This document shows positions 32,401 to 39,683 of a stretch of 64,000 bases of DNA, one piece after another. This DNA is from Cyclobacteriaceae bacterium. GTDB lineage: Bacteria > Bacteroidota > Bacteroidia > Cytophagales > Cyclobacteriaceae. The translations under genes and the position numbers were made by a program. The notes under the pieces are model-generated. The model did no database searches. It had not been told where the DNA came from and saw nothing but the letters and a program-made list of their open reading frames with translations. Position 1 is the stretch's first letter, and each line of letters starts with the position of its first letter. Location: NCBI GenBank assembly GCA_034112085.1, contig JAWUWD010000107.1, positions 1,295 to 65,294 of the forward strand. Direction: 5' to 3'.

Positions 32401-32786
32401 GTGGTGTATTAGGTGCGATGGAAACCATGTATCAACGCAGTAAGATTCAAGAGGAAAGCTTGTATTACGAGACATTGAAGCACAATGGAGAGTTTCCGAT
32501 CATAGGAGTAAATACATTCTTAAGTTCGAAAGGGTCACCGACTGTAATCCCAAAAGAAGTGATTAGAGCAACTGAAGAAGAAAAAGAGTATCAAATCAAT
32601 ATGCTCAAAGAACTTCATAAGGGAAATGAATCCAAAACAGAGGAAGCCTTGAGAAAAGTACAACAGGCAGCCATTCTAAACACTAACATTTTTGAAGAGC
32701 TGATGGAAGCCAGTAAGATCTGTTCTTTAGGACAGATTACCAGCGCACTCTTTGAAGTTGGTGGACAGTATAGAAGGAATATGTAA
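29406..32786 (+). CDS. icmF: fused isobutyryl-CoA mutase (B12-binding domain, MeaB-like GTPase, mutase TIM barrel)
   Basis: N-terminal B12 domain ([19 protein letters not shown]), P-loop [12 protein letters not shown] with LNKFD, and a C-terminal methylmalonyl-CoA-mutase-family domain ([25 protein letters not shown]). The 1126-aa single chain is the IcmF architecture. Confidence 0.9.
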   Translation: MQQAAPYIPKNKVRIVTAASLFDGHDAAINIMRRIIQATGCEVIHLGHDRSVEEVVNCAIQEDAQAIAMTSYQGGHNEYFKYMYDLLKEKGAEHIRIFGGGGGVILPEEIKELMDYGVTRIYAPDDGRSMGLQGMINDMIERCDFPTGQNLNGATKLIGEKNVNAIAKTISGAENFPEESKSILDQVHKAAAKVKTPILGITGTGGSGKSSLVDELVRRFLIDFPEKDIAIVSVDPSKRKTGGALLGDRIRMNSISNSRVYMRSLATRQSNLALSKHVNEALQILKAANYDFIILETSGIGQSDTEILEHSDVSLYVMTPEYGAATQLEKIDMLDFADVIALNKFDKRGALDAIRDVKKQYQRNHNLWEANVDTMPVHGTIASQFNDPGTNSLYKVLMDKIVEKTEADLHSTFEITEEMSEKIFVIPPKRIRYLSEIAESNRGYDEKANHQREVAQSLYGIQKSIDTIQNSELEDKDRLIKGLHEAYQNVALDLDPHNKKLIEGWPGKVKKYKDPIYSFKVRDKEIKIETHSESLSHSQIPKVALPTYEAWGDLLKWNLQENVPGEFPYTAGIYPFKREREDPTRMFAGEGGPERTNRRFHYVSKGLPAARLSTAFDSVTLNGQEADSRPDIYGKIGNAGVSICCLDDAKKLYSGFDLTDPTTSVSMTINGPAPMLLGFFMNAATDQNCEKYIKENGLEKEVEKKIASIYKNKGVVRPSYQGSLPEENNGLGLMLLGVTGDLVLPADVYAGIKAETLATVRGTVQADILKEDQAQNTCIFSTEFALRLMGDVQEYFITQNVRNFYSVSISGYHIAEAGPNPITQLALTLSNGFTYVEYYLSRGMDINKFAPNLSFFFSNGIDPEYAVIGRVARRIWAKAMKHKYNADSRSQMLKYHIQTSGRSLHAQEIDFNDIRTTLQALYAIYDNCNSLHTNAYDEAITTPTEESVRRAMAIQLIINKELGLSKNENPIQGSFITEQLTDLVEEAVLLEFDRITERGGVLGAMETMYQRSKIQEESLYYETLKHNGEFPIIGVNTFLSSKGSPTVIPKEVIRATEEEKEYQINMLKELHKGNESKTEEALRKVQQAAILNTNIFEELMEASKICSLGQITSALFEVGGQYRRNM

Positions 32787-32801
32787 ACTCAGTAAATTAG
32801 T

Positions 32802-32838
32802 AAAAGGCACTGTGATTGAATTCACAGTGCCTTTTTTA
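32802..32838. terminator. bidirectional terminator between icmF and the convergent sigma/thioredoxin operon
   Basis: The 10-bp stem GGCACTGTGA pairs with TCACAGTGCC, flanked by AAAA on one side and TTTTTT on the other. Confidence 0.72.
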
Positions 32839-32839
32839 T

Positions 32840-33094
32840 TTAATCAATAGAGCCAGTTACTCTTTTCATAAATTCATTTAGAGCTTCCTTAGCTGGCTTT
32901 CCTTTTTTTATTTCTGCACTTACATCCAATGCTCCATATAGATTAGAAAGTAACTCACCTATTACGTCCAATTCTTCATCCTTCACACCCTTGGCCTCAG
33001 TGATGTGTTCTAGCAATTCTATCGTCTCAACAACCCAGTCTTGATCGTTGGTGTCAATAAAATTAACTATGTGTTTAATTAGTGGCAATCTCAT
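32840..33094 (-). CDS. small acidic hypothetical protein (84 aa)
   Basis: Intact ORF whose ATG lies 20 nt inside the 3' end of the thioredoxin gene. Helical and acidic (EELDVIGELLSNLYGALDV). No family recognised with confidence. Confidence 0.6.
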   Translation of the reverse strand: MRLPLIKHIVNFIDTNDQDWVVETIELLEHITEAKGVKDEELDVIGELLSNLYGALDVSAEIKKGKPAKEALNEFMKRVTGSID

Positions 33095-33392
33095 CGAGCA
33101 CAGTGTTTATAACTTCAATTTTATTTCCGGCACTTTGAGAAACTAACTTACCATTTTTGAACCCTGCGAAAGTCGGCAAGTTCTTCACTTCTGCAAGTGA
33201 TCTTGATTGAGGTAGTTTTTCAGCATCAACATAGATGAATTTCACGTCAGTGTTTTCTGTCGCTAACCTTTTGAACTTAGGTTTGATGATTCTGCAGTTG
33301 CCACACCACCCAGCTCCATATTGTACAATTACTTTTTCATTGCTATCAATCTCTTGTTGCAAGCTATCTGACTGTAAGTCTATCATTTCCAT
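33075..33392 (-). CDS. thioredoxin-family protein with an atypical WCGNC active site
   Basis: From the ATG at 33392: MEMIDLQ...VQYGAGWCGNCRIIKPKF...NLPTF. This is a thioredoxin fold with CGNC in place of the canonical CGPC. Confidence 0.8.
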   Translation of the reverse strand: MEMIDLQSDSLQQEIDSNEKVIVQYGAGWCGNCRIIKPKFKRLATENTDVKFIYVDAEKLPQSRSLAEVKNLPTFAGFKNGKLVSQSAGNKIEVINTVLDEIATN

Positions 33393-33522
33393 ATTTATCA
33401 ATTTAAGTATATACAAACATCGGAAAAGATGATAATAGCACAATGTAATTCTTATATGTTGTACTTATCATTATATAGTCAGTCTCTATGGCATCTCTGT
33501 GTAATATAAATTTACACAATGA

Positions 33523-34077
33523 TTAGTCACACATCTTGCACTCTGCTTTCTCCTTGTGTTCACCAACTAGTTTCCCCTTACTGTCAAGTTTATAATCACA
33601 GCAATCCATATAACCTTCTAAAATTAGTTTCCTGCCTCGCTGGATTTGAGATTTGACAGTAGGCAATGGGAGATTTAGTTTTTGAGCGATATCACTTTGC
33701 TTGACGCCCTTGATATTCGCTAGGTATAAAGGGCGCTTATATTTATTTGGTAGGTGGTTAATAATGCCCGACAGACAATCTTGCTCGGAATGACTATTAC
33801 TCCCCTCAACCTCAGGTGCCAACTCTTCGTGAGTTAGCTCTTGGGTATTGGATATACTCTTAAAGTAATCCATCACTGCATTTCTCGCGATAGAGAAAAG
33901 CCATGATTTCAGTTTGGTAGAATCGGTGAGTTGCTCAATCTTAGTATGAACCTTGATGAATACCTCTTGAAGTATATCCTTAGTGACCTGCTCATCTTTC
34001 ACTTTACTAGCAATAAACCGTTCTAGGTTAGTATGATATTCGGTCCAAATGTTTTTTGTGTCCATTCTAGATTTCAT
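33523..34077 (-). CDS. ECF-type sigma-70 family factor with a Cys-rich C-terminal extension (SigZ/CorE-like)
   Basis: Sigma region 2 (ILQEVFIKVH...SWLFSIARNAVMDYF) and region 4 (IKGVKQSDIAQKLNLPLPTVKSQIQRGR). It has extra cysteines: a linker C, then MDCCDY...AECKMCD. Confidence 0.88.
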   Translation of the reverse strand: MKSRMDTKNIWTEYHTNLERFIASKVKDEQVTKDILQEVFIKVHTKIEQLTDSTKLKSWLFSIARNAVMDYFKSISNTQELTHEELAPEVEGSNSHSEQDCLSGIINHLPNKYKRPLYLANIKGVKQSDIAQKLNLPLPTVKSQIQRGRKLILEGYMDCCDYKLDSKGKLVGEHKEKAECKMCD

Positions 34078-34145
34078 TTTAGGACTTGTCGGGCATTACT
34101 TTATTCAGTGAAAGTAAAGTAATATCCGGCAAGGCTCCAATAATA

Positions 34146-34244
34146 TTAACAACAACCGCTACAGTTACAGTTTTCACATGTGCAGTTATTACATTGCTCA
34201 TTCTTACACTCATTACAATTGCAGGTACATTCAGTATTTTCCAT
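34146..34244 (-). CDS. candidate 32-aa cysteine-rich (metallothionein-like) peptide
   Basis: Own translation gives MENTECTCNCNECKNEQCNNCTCENCNCSGCC, with 11 Cys, then a TAA stop. It is co-directional with the sigma gene and 68 nt upstream of it. It falls below the ORF-track size cutoff. Confidence 0.5.
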   Translation of the reverse strand: MENTECTCNCNECKNEQCNNCTCENCNCSGCC

Positions 34245-34370
34245 GATTCTGTTTTTTAGTTCACCGAGTAGACTGCAACAGTCTCAAAAAGATGCACTTA
34301 TCAGAATAAATTTAACAGGAGTTCTACAAAAAAGAAAAAATTAGCTCATAGATAATTATCGGCAAATAAC

Positions 34371-34378
34371 TATTTTTG
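34371..34378 (+). promoter_or_regulatory. candidate -7 box TATTTTTG for the aminotransferase gene
   Basis: Matches TAnnTTTG, 28 nt upstream of the ATG at 34407. Confidence 0.45.
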
Positions 34379-34406
34379 CGAACACAACCTTAACTCAACA
34401 GTTGCT

Positions 34407-35603
34407 ATGAATACTCTTTCGGATCGAATTAACAATATGGCTGAATCAGCCACTCTTGCTATGGCTTCTAAAGCACGTGAATTTAAGTCACGAGGAATAG
34501 ATGTAATTAGCTTGAGTCTTGGAGAACCTGATTTTGCTACTCCAAAACATATACAAGAAGGTGCTAAAGATGCTATTGACGAAGGAAAGTATTTTGCCTA
34601 CCCTCCTGTTCCGGGATACCAAGACGTGAGAGAAGCAATTGCTGATAAATTCAATAAGGAAAACAACATCCCATATAAAGCTGAGAACATAGTTGTTTCG
34701 AATGGTGCTAAGCAATCCATCGCCAATGTTATGTATTCTTTGATTAATCCTGGAGATGAAGTTGTTGTATTCTCTCCATTCTGGGTTAGTTACTCTGCCT
34801 TGATTGAATTGGCAGAAGGTAAACCAGTGTATATAGAAGGAAGTCTTGAAAATGATTTCAAAGCAACCGCTGAACAACTAAGAGCGGCTATTACACCAAA
34901 AACAAAAGCTATTATCTACTCTTCTCCGTGTAATCCGACTGGATCAGTATTCTTGAAAGAGGAATTAGAAGCTATTGCCAAAGTTGTTCTTGAGCATGAC
35001 CATATCATTGTGATAGCAGATGAGATATATGAACACATCAACTATACTGGCCAGCATCAGAGTATGGCGGCTATTGATGGCATGTTTGACAGAACTATCA
35101 CAATCAATGGTGTCGCCAAAGGGTTTGCCATGACTGGTTGGCGTGTTGGCTACATAGGCGCTCCTCTTTGGATAGCCAAAGGCTGCACTAAAATACAAGG
35201 ACAAATCACTTCTGCCAACTGTTCTATTGCGCAAAGGGCAACTTTAACAGCACTTACAAGTGATTTGGGCCCCACTAAAGAAATGGCTGAAGCATATCTC
35301 CGAAGAAGAAATATGGTCTATGATCTGCTGAAAGAGATCCCTGGTGTAAACGTAAACTTGCCAGAAGGTGCTTTTTACTTTTTTCCTGATATTAGTGAGT
35401 ACTTTGGCAAGTCAAATGGAGAGGCAGCTATCAACAACGCATCTGATCTGTGCATTTACTTGTTGGAAAATGCACATGTATCGCTCGTGACTGGCGAAGC
35501 ATTTGGTGCACCAAAATGTATCCGTATATCTTATGCAGCCTCTGATGAACACTTGATCGAAGCCATGGATCGAATCAAAAAGACATTGGCCCAGTTGAGC
35601 TAG
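34407..35603 (+). CDS. PLP-dependent aspartate/aromatic aminotransferase (class I)
   Basis: LSLGEPDF, NPTG and the PLP-lysine context NGVAKGFAMTGWRVGY. Confidence 0.9.
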   Translation: MNTLSDRINNMAESATLAMASKAREFKSRGIDVISLSLGEPDFATPKHIQEGAKDAIDEGKYFAYPPVPGYQDVREAIADKFNKENNIPYKAENIVVSNGAKQSIANVMYSLINPGDEVVVFSPFWVSYSALIELAEGKPVYIEGSLENDFKATAEQLRAAITPKTKAIIYSSPCNPTGSVFLKEELEAIAKVVLEHDHIIVIADEIYEHINYTGQHQSMAAIDGMFDRTITINGVAKGFAMTGWRVGYIGAPLWIAKGCTKIQGQITSANCSIAQRATLTALTSDLGPTKEMAEAYLRRRNMVYDLLKEIPGVNVNLPEGAFYFFPDISEYFGKSNGEAAINNASDLCIYLLENAHVSLVTGEAFGAPKCIRISYAASDEHLIEAMDRIKKTLAQLS

Positions 35604-35605
35604 AC

Positions 35606-36595
35606 ATGAATAATTCCTCTATAGAAAACATATTCAACAATTTCAATGATCTAAATGTTTTGATCATTGGAGATGTAATGGTGGATGCGTATATCTGGGG
35701 GAAAGTAGAGCGAATGTCTCCAGAGGCTCCGGTGCCTGTAGTAAGTGTTTCAAAGAAAGATTTTCGCCTTGGAGGTGCTGCCAATGTTGCACTCAATATC
35801 AAGGAAATGGGTGCCAATCCCATCTTATGTTCAGTTGTAGGACAAGATCATGATGGAAGAAAGTTAGCGACTAGACTGCAAGAAAGGAACATCACAGATG
35901 AAGGCATCTACAAAAGTGAAAGTCGACCTACTACGGTAAAGACCCGTGTAATCTCTGATGACAAACATATTGTCAGAATTGACGAGGAATCTACTGACAT
36001 TATTAATGATCTGGAAAAAGAAGGATTGCTTAAAAACATCAAAGCACTCTTGCCTCAGTGTCAAGTAGTGATTTTTGAAGACTATGACAAGGGGTGTATT
36101 ACTCCTGAAGTGATCCAATTCACAGTTGATCTTGCCAAAAAGCATAACATCCCAACAGTGGTTGATCCTAAAAAGCGAAATTTCTTAGATTATAAGGAAG
36201 TATCTCTATTCAAACCGAATCTCAAAGAACTAAAAGAAGGGTTAGATATTGATTTTGATGTGACTGACCAATCTGAATTAGAAAGCGCGGTCAGACTACT
36301 TTCAGATGCTCTACGCTGTAAGAGTGCCTTTATCACATTATCCGAGCATGGTGTATATATCACTGAGCAAAGTAGTCATGACCATATTCCAGCTCATAAG
36401 CGTAACATCGTGGATGTATCAGGTGCTGGTGATACAGTCATTAGTATTTCGGCATTATCTGTGGCCATTGGATTATCGCCATATATGGTAGCTGCCTTAT
36501 CCAATTTAGCTGGTGGACTTGTTTGTGAGCACGTAGGTGTAGTAACTATAGACAAAAAGCAGTTACTGAAAGAGGCCATTGATAAACTTAGTTGA
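35606..36595 (+). CDS. PfkB-family sugar kinase, RfaE domain I-like (heptose-7-phosphate kinase-like)
   Basis: ILIIGDVMVDAYIWGKVERMSPEAPVPVV and GGAANVA resemble the RfaE kinase domain. The C-terminal motif is DVSGAGDTVIS. Confidence 0.72.
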   Translation: MNNSSIENIFNNFNDLNVLIIGDVMVDAYIWGKVERMSPEAPVPVVSVSKKDFRLGGAANVALNIKEMGANPILCSVVGQDHDGRKLATRLQERNITDEGIYKSESRPTTVKTRVISDDKHIVRIDEESTDIINDLEKEGLLKNIKALLPQCQVVIFEDYDKGCITPEVIQFTVDLAKKHNIPTVVDPKKRNFLDYKEVSLFKPNLKELKEGLDIDFDVTDQSELESAVRLLSDALRCKSAFITLSEHGVYITEQSSHDHIPAHKRNIVDVSGAGDTVISISALSVAIGLSPYMVAALSNLAGGLVCEHVGVVTIDKKQLLKEAIDKLS

Positions 36596-37287
36596 TGATG
36601 CGATTCATTCTAGTCATTTCACTTAGCCTCACCTTATCACAATTAGCCTTTTCACAGGTCTTTCAAGTTCAAGCTAAACCTAAAAGACCCACGCCAGAGA
36701 CTATCACCAAAATGATGGATTTGGGGGTACATGCTATTCACTTAGAAGTGATCATGAATGAGAAAGATCAGCTAGTAATTGATTCTGGGGAACTATTGAG
36801 CGATGTGCTAAAGGCAATGGAATGGCACACCAAAAGCTATACAAGATATGAAATCAAGTATGTCATAGAACTGAAACACTCACCTAACTACTTACAAGAG
36901 TCTATTGCCGTTCACGATCTATTGGATGCCTACATTCCTTTGTCACGAATTACAATTCAATCAGAAAATTTCAAAGTCTTAAAATTCTGGAATAAAAAGT
37001 ACCCAAAAATTCAACTCGCTGCTCTTATTAACAATGAGAAATCAATAGACACCAATTTGGCCAATTTGGGATTTAAACCAAATATTTATAGCAGCGATCA
37101 TAAATCTCTCTCAAAAAATAAAGTAGCAAATCTACACAGGAGAGAAATTAAGGTAATTCCATGGACAGTCAATGACACAACTTCTATGAATCTAGTTATT
37201 GGATGGACTGTTGATGGAATCGTGACTGAGGCACCAGATCAATCCCTACTTTTAGGGGTAAATCAAAAAGTGAAAGACGGTAATTAA
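36592..37287 (+). CDS. secreted glycerophosphodiester phosphodiesterase-family protein
   Basis: Signal peptide, IKVIPWTVND and DGIVTE motifs typical of GDPD enzymes. The N-terminal catalytic region is divergent. Confidence 0.55.
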   Translation: MMMRFILVISLSLTLSQLAFSQVFQVQAKPKRPTPETITKMMDLGVHAIHLEVIMNEKDQLVIDSGELLSDVLKAMEWHTKSYTRYEIKYVIELKHSPNYLQESIAVHDLLDAYIPLSRITIQSENFKVLKFWNKKYPKIQLAALINNEKSIDTNLANLGFKPNIYSSDHKSLSKNKVANLHRREIKVIPWTVNDTTSMNLVIGWTVDGIVTEAPDQSLLLGVNQKVKDGN

Positions 37288-37291
37288 ATAT

Positions 37292-37675
37292 TTATTGATC
37301 TGAGTGTAAACCGATTCGATTTCCCTCTGTGTCCATAAATTGAGCTACAAATCCAAACTCACCAATATCCATTTTCGGGAATACAATTTGTCCACCATTT
37401 GCTTCCACCCTACCTGCCTCGATGGCTACATCATGACATTGAAAATAAATAGTAGTGCCATCTGCGCTAGGCTTGGCTTCATCAGCTAACAACAAAGCCC
37501 CTCCAGTTCCTGATTTTTCAGGATTCATATCAAACATTGCCATCTTTGTTGGCCCCATGTCTAAATCTTGAAATTCTGTTTCTAATACAGCACCATAAAA
37601 ATTCTTCGCGCGATCCAAATCTATTACCGCGATTTCGAACCAATTGACGGGGTTATTTTTAGCTTCCATTATCAT
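37292..37675 (-). CDS. VOC/glyoxalase-family protein
   Basis: WFEIAV.DLDRAK.FY...F and D.EGNRIGLHS are typical of glyoxalase/bleomycin-resistance fold proteins. Confidence 0.8.
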   Translation of the reverse strand: MIMEAKNNPVNWFEIAVIDLDRAKNFYGAVLETEFQDLDMGPTKMAMFDMNPEKSGTGGALLLADEAKPSADGTTIYFQCHDVAIEAGRVEANGGQIVFPKMDIGEFGFVAQFMDTEGNRIGLHSDQ

Positions 37676-37822
37676 TTGAGTTTTAGTGAAACATTATACT
37701 ATACTAAATATACATAAATCATTGATTTAGAGTATTGTATAAATCCGACATGTTCAAGCATCATTTATGACATGCGTTAAGATTAAAGAGGTTACTTAGA
37801 GCAACCTCTTTAATAAACTTTC

Positions 37823-37830
37823 TATTTTTG
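37823..37830 (+). promoter_or_regulatory. candidate -7 box TATTTTTG for the adenosine kinase gene
   Basis: Matches TAnnTTTG, 26 nt upstream of the ATG at 37857. Confidence 0.45.
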
Positions 37831-37856
37831 CACTAACATATCAAACAGAAAAGAAA

Positions 37857-38852
37857 ATGTCTAAAAAATATAATGTATACGGTATCGGAAATGCTTTGGT
37901 AGATATCGTTACCGAAGTCGATGATCAATTTCTTGCTAAAAATGAGATCGAAAAAGGTTTAATGACTTTGATTGAAGAGGATCGTCAAACAGAACTTTAT
38001 CATGCTATTGAAAATCGAGACAGCAATATGCAGTGTGGTGGATCTGCTGCCAATACGATGATAGGTGTAAGTCAATTTGGAGGAAATAGCTATTACTCTT
38101 GCAAGGTGTCTGACGATGCTCTTGGCAACTTTTACATGAGTGACATGAATAAAAACGGTGTGGATAGCAACCTAGATGCTAGTACACTTCCAAACGGAAT
38201 CACCGGTAAATGCCTCGTAATGACTACGCCTGATGCCGGCCGTACAATGAATACATTCTTGGGAATCACAGCGACTTATTCTAGAGACCAGATCAGCGAA
38301 GAGATCATCAAGCAATCAGAATACGTGTATATCGAAGGGTACTTGGTGACTTCAGATAACGGGCTAGATGCAATGAAATATGCTAAAGGACTCGCTGAGA
38401 AAAATGGTATTCAAGTAGCACTTACTTTCTCAGATCCAAGTATGGTGAAATACTTCAAAGATCAAATGCATGAGGTCGTTGGCTCTGGAGTTGACTTACT
38501 GTTTTGCAATGAAGAAGAAGCAATGTTATTTACTGATACGGACAACATTTCTGATGCTAGAGAAGCTTTGAAAAAATATGCTAAGAAATTTGCCATCACA
38601 CAAGGGTCGAATGGTGCCATGATATTTGATGGTGACACTTTCGTAGATATCGAACCTTATAAAGTAGAGGCCATCGACACAAATGGAGCAGGTGATTTAT
38701 TTGCAGGAGCATTCATGTATGGTATCACTAATGGTCGAAGTTATGCTGAGTCTGGCAAATTAGCTAGTCTTGCTTCTTCTAAAGTTGTTACAAAGTATGG
38801 CCCAAGATTAGACTTGGCTCAGGCGCAAGAAGTCTTGAAACAATTGATATAA
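37857..38852 (+). CDS. adenosine kinase-like PfkB carbohydrate kinase
   Basis: GIGNALVDI, GGSAANT and DTNGAGDLFAGAF. Confidence 0.8.
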   Translation: MSKKYNVYGIGNALVDIVTEVDDQFLAKNEIEKGLMTLIEEDRQTELYHAIENRDSNMQCGGSAANTMIGVSQFGGNSYYSCKVSDDALGNFYMSDMNKNGVDSNLDASTLPNGITGKCLVMTTPDAGRTMNTFLGITATYSRDQISEEIIKQSEYVYIEGYLVTSDNGLDAMKYAKGLAEKNGIQVALTFSDPSMVKYFKDQMHEVVGSGVDLLFCNEEEAMLFTDTDNISDAREALKKYAKKFAITQGSNGAMIFDGDTFVDIEPYKVEAIDTNGAGDLFAGAFMYGITNGRSYAESGKLASLASSKVVTKYGPRLDLAQAQEVLKQLI

Positions 38853-38947
38853 CTGTCAATGAATGATAATTCGCTATTATCATAAACTTAGCTTATCTTT
38901 GTAATTATTCTGCGCGGCTACATCACCGTATGGAACAAAATCAAGGA

Positions 38948-38955
38948 TAATTTTG
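38948..38955 (+). promoter_or_regulatory. candidate -7 box TAATTTTG for the cold-shock-domain gene
   Basis: Matches TAnnTTTG, 49 nt upstream of the ATG at 39005. Confidence 0.35.
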
Positions 38956-39004
38956 TTGATATATAGCAATAAAATTATATAATCAATAAAGCAAAAATTA
39001 ATAC

Positions 39005-39616
39005 ATGGGCAGATCGCAGGAAACATTCAACAAGAAAGACGTAAGGACCAAGAAGGAGAAGAAGAGAAAAGAAAAATTTGCTAGGAAATTAGCAAAGAAA
39101 GAGAATGAGAAAAAAGGTGACTTGGAAGATATGATCATGTATCTTGATGAGAATGGTAACTTCTCTGACACTCCTCCAGATCCAACCAAGAAGAAAAAGG
39201 AAATTGATATAGAAAGTATTGCGGTCAGCATTCCAAGAATGGAAAATGTAGAAATCGATCCAATTAGAAAAGGAGTGGTGACATTCTTTAATGACTCGAA
39301 AGGTTTTGGATTCATTAAAGATTCTGAAACTCAAGAAAGTGTATTTGTTCACATCAATAATGTAATTGATGAGATCAAAGAGAATAACATGGTCAACTAT
39401 GAAGTAGAGATGGGTATGAAAGGCCCGACTGCTACGAATGTGAAGATCTACAAAGAACCTATCAAGCCTCCCACACCGGCTCCAGTAGCTCCAGATGCTG
39501 ATACTCCAGATGCTGACGCTACTGCTGTGACTGATGAGAAGAAAGAATCAGATAAAGAGCCTAAAAAGGATTCTGAGGAAGAGTCAGTCAAAAAGACTGA
39601 CGAAAAACCTGAATAG
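39005..39616 (+). CDS. cold-shock-domain protein with a basic N-terminal and a Pro/Asp/Lys-rich C-terminal extension
   Basis: The central CSD reads GVVTFFNDSKGFGFIKDSETQESVFVHINNV (RNP1-like KGFGFI). It is flanked by a Lys/Glu-rich 85-aa N-terminus and a low-complexity tail. Confidence 0.82.
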   Translation: MGRSQETFNKKDVRTKKEKKRKEKFARKLAKKENEKKGDLEDMIMYLDENGNFSDTPPDPTKKKKEIDIESIAVSIPRMENVEIDPIRKGVVTFFNDSKGFGFIKDSETQESVFVHINNVIDEIKENNMVNYEVEMGMKGPTATNVKIYKEPIKPPTPAPVAPDADTPDADATAVTDEKKESDKEPKKDSEEESVKKTDEKPE

Positions 39617-39621
39617 ATCAT

Positions 39622-39678
39622 AAAATAGCCCATAAAAAAAGGAAGCTCATTGAGCTTCCTTTTTTTATGGGCTATTTT
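39622..39678. terminator. 57-bp near-perfect palindrome, bidirectional terminator between the CSD gene and rhlE
   Basis: AAAATAGCCCATAAAAAAAGGAAGCTC-att-GAGCTTCCTTTTTTTATGGGCTATTTT. Confidence 0.75.
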
Positions 39679-39683
39679 ATCAA

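Noticed and set aside
34146-34244. The Cys-rich micro-ORF as a RiPP (lanthipeptide, ranthipeptide or thiopeptide) precursor.
   Set aside because: No radical-SAM, LanM/LanB, cyclodehydratase, peptidase or ABC-exporter genes lie within about 10 kb. The peptide has no recognisable leader/core division. A metal- or redox-binding role fits the sigma/thioredoxin neighbours better.
39622-39678. The 57-bp palindrome as a miniature inverted-repeat transposable element or REP-like repeat.
   Set aside because: It occurs only once in this 64-kb window, and sits exactly between two convergent stop codons with flanking A and T runs. A bidirectional terminator is the simplest reading. A genome-wide copy count would settle it.
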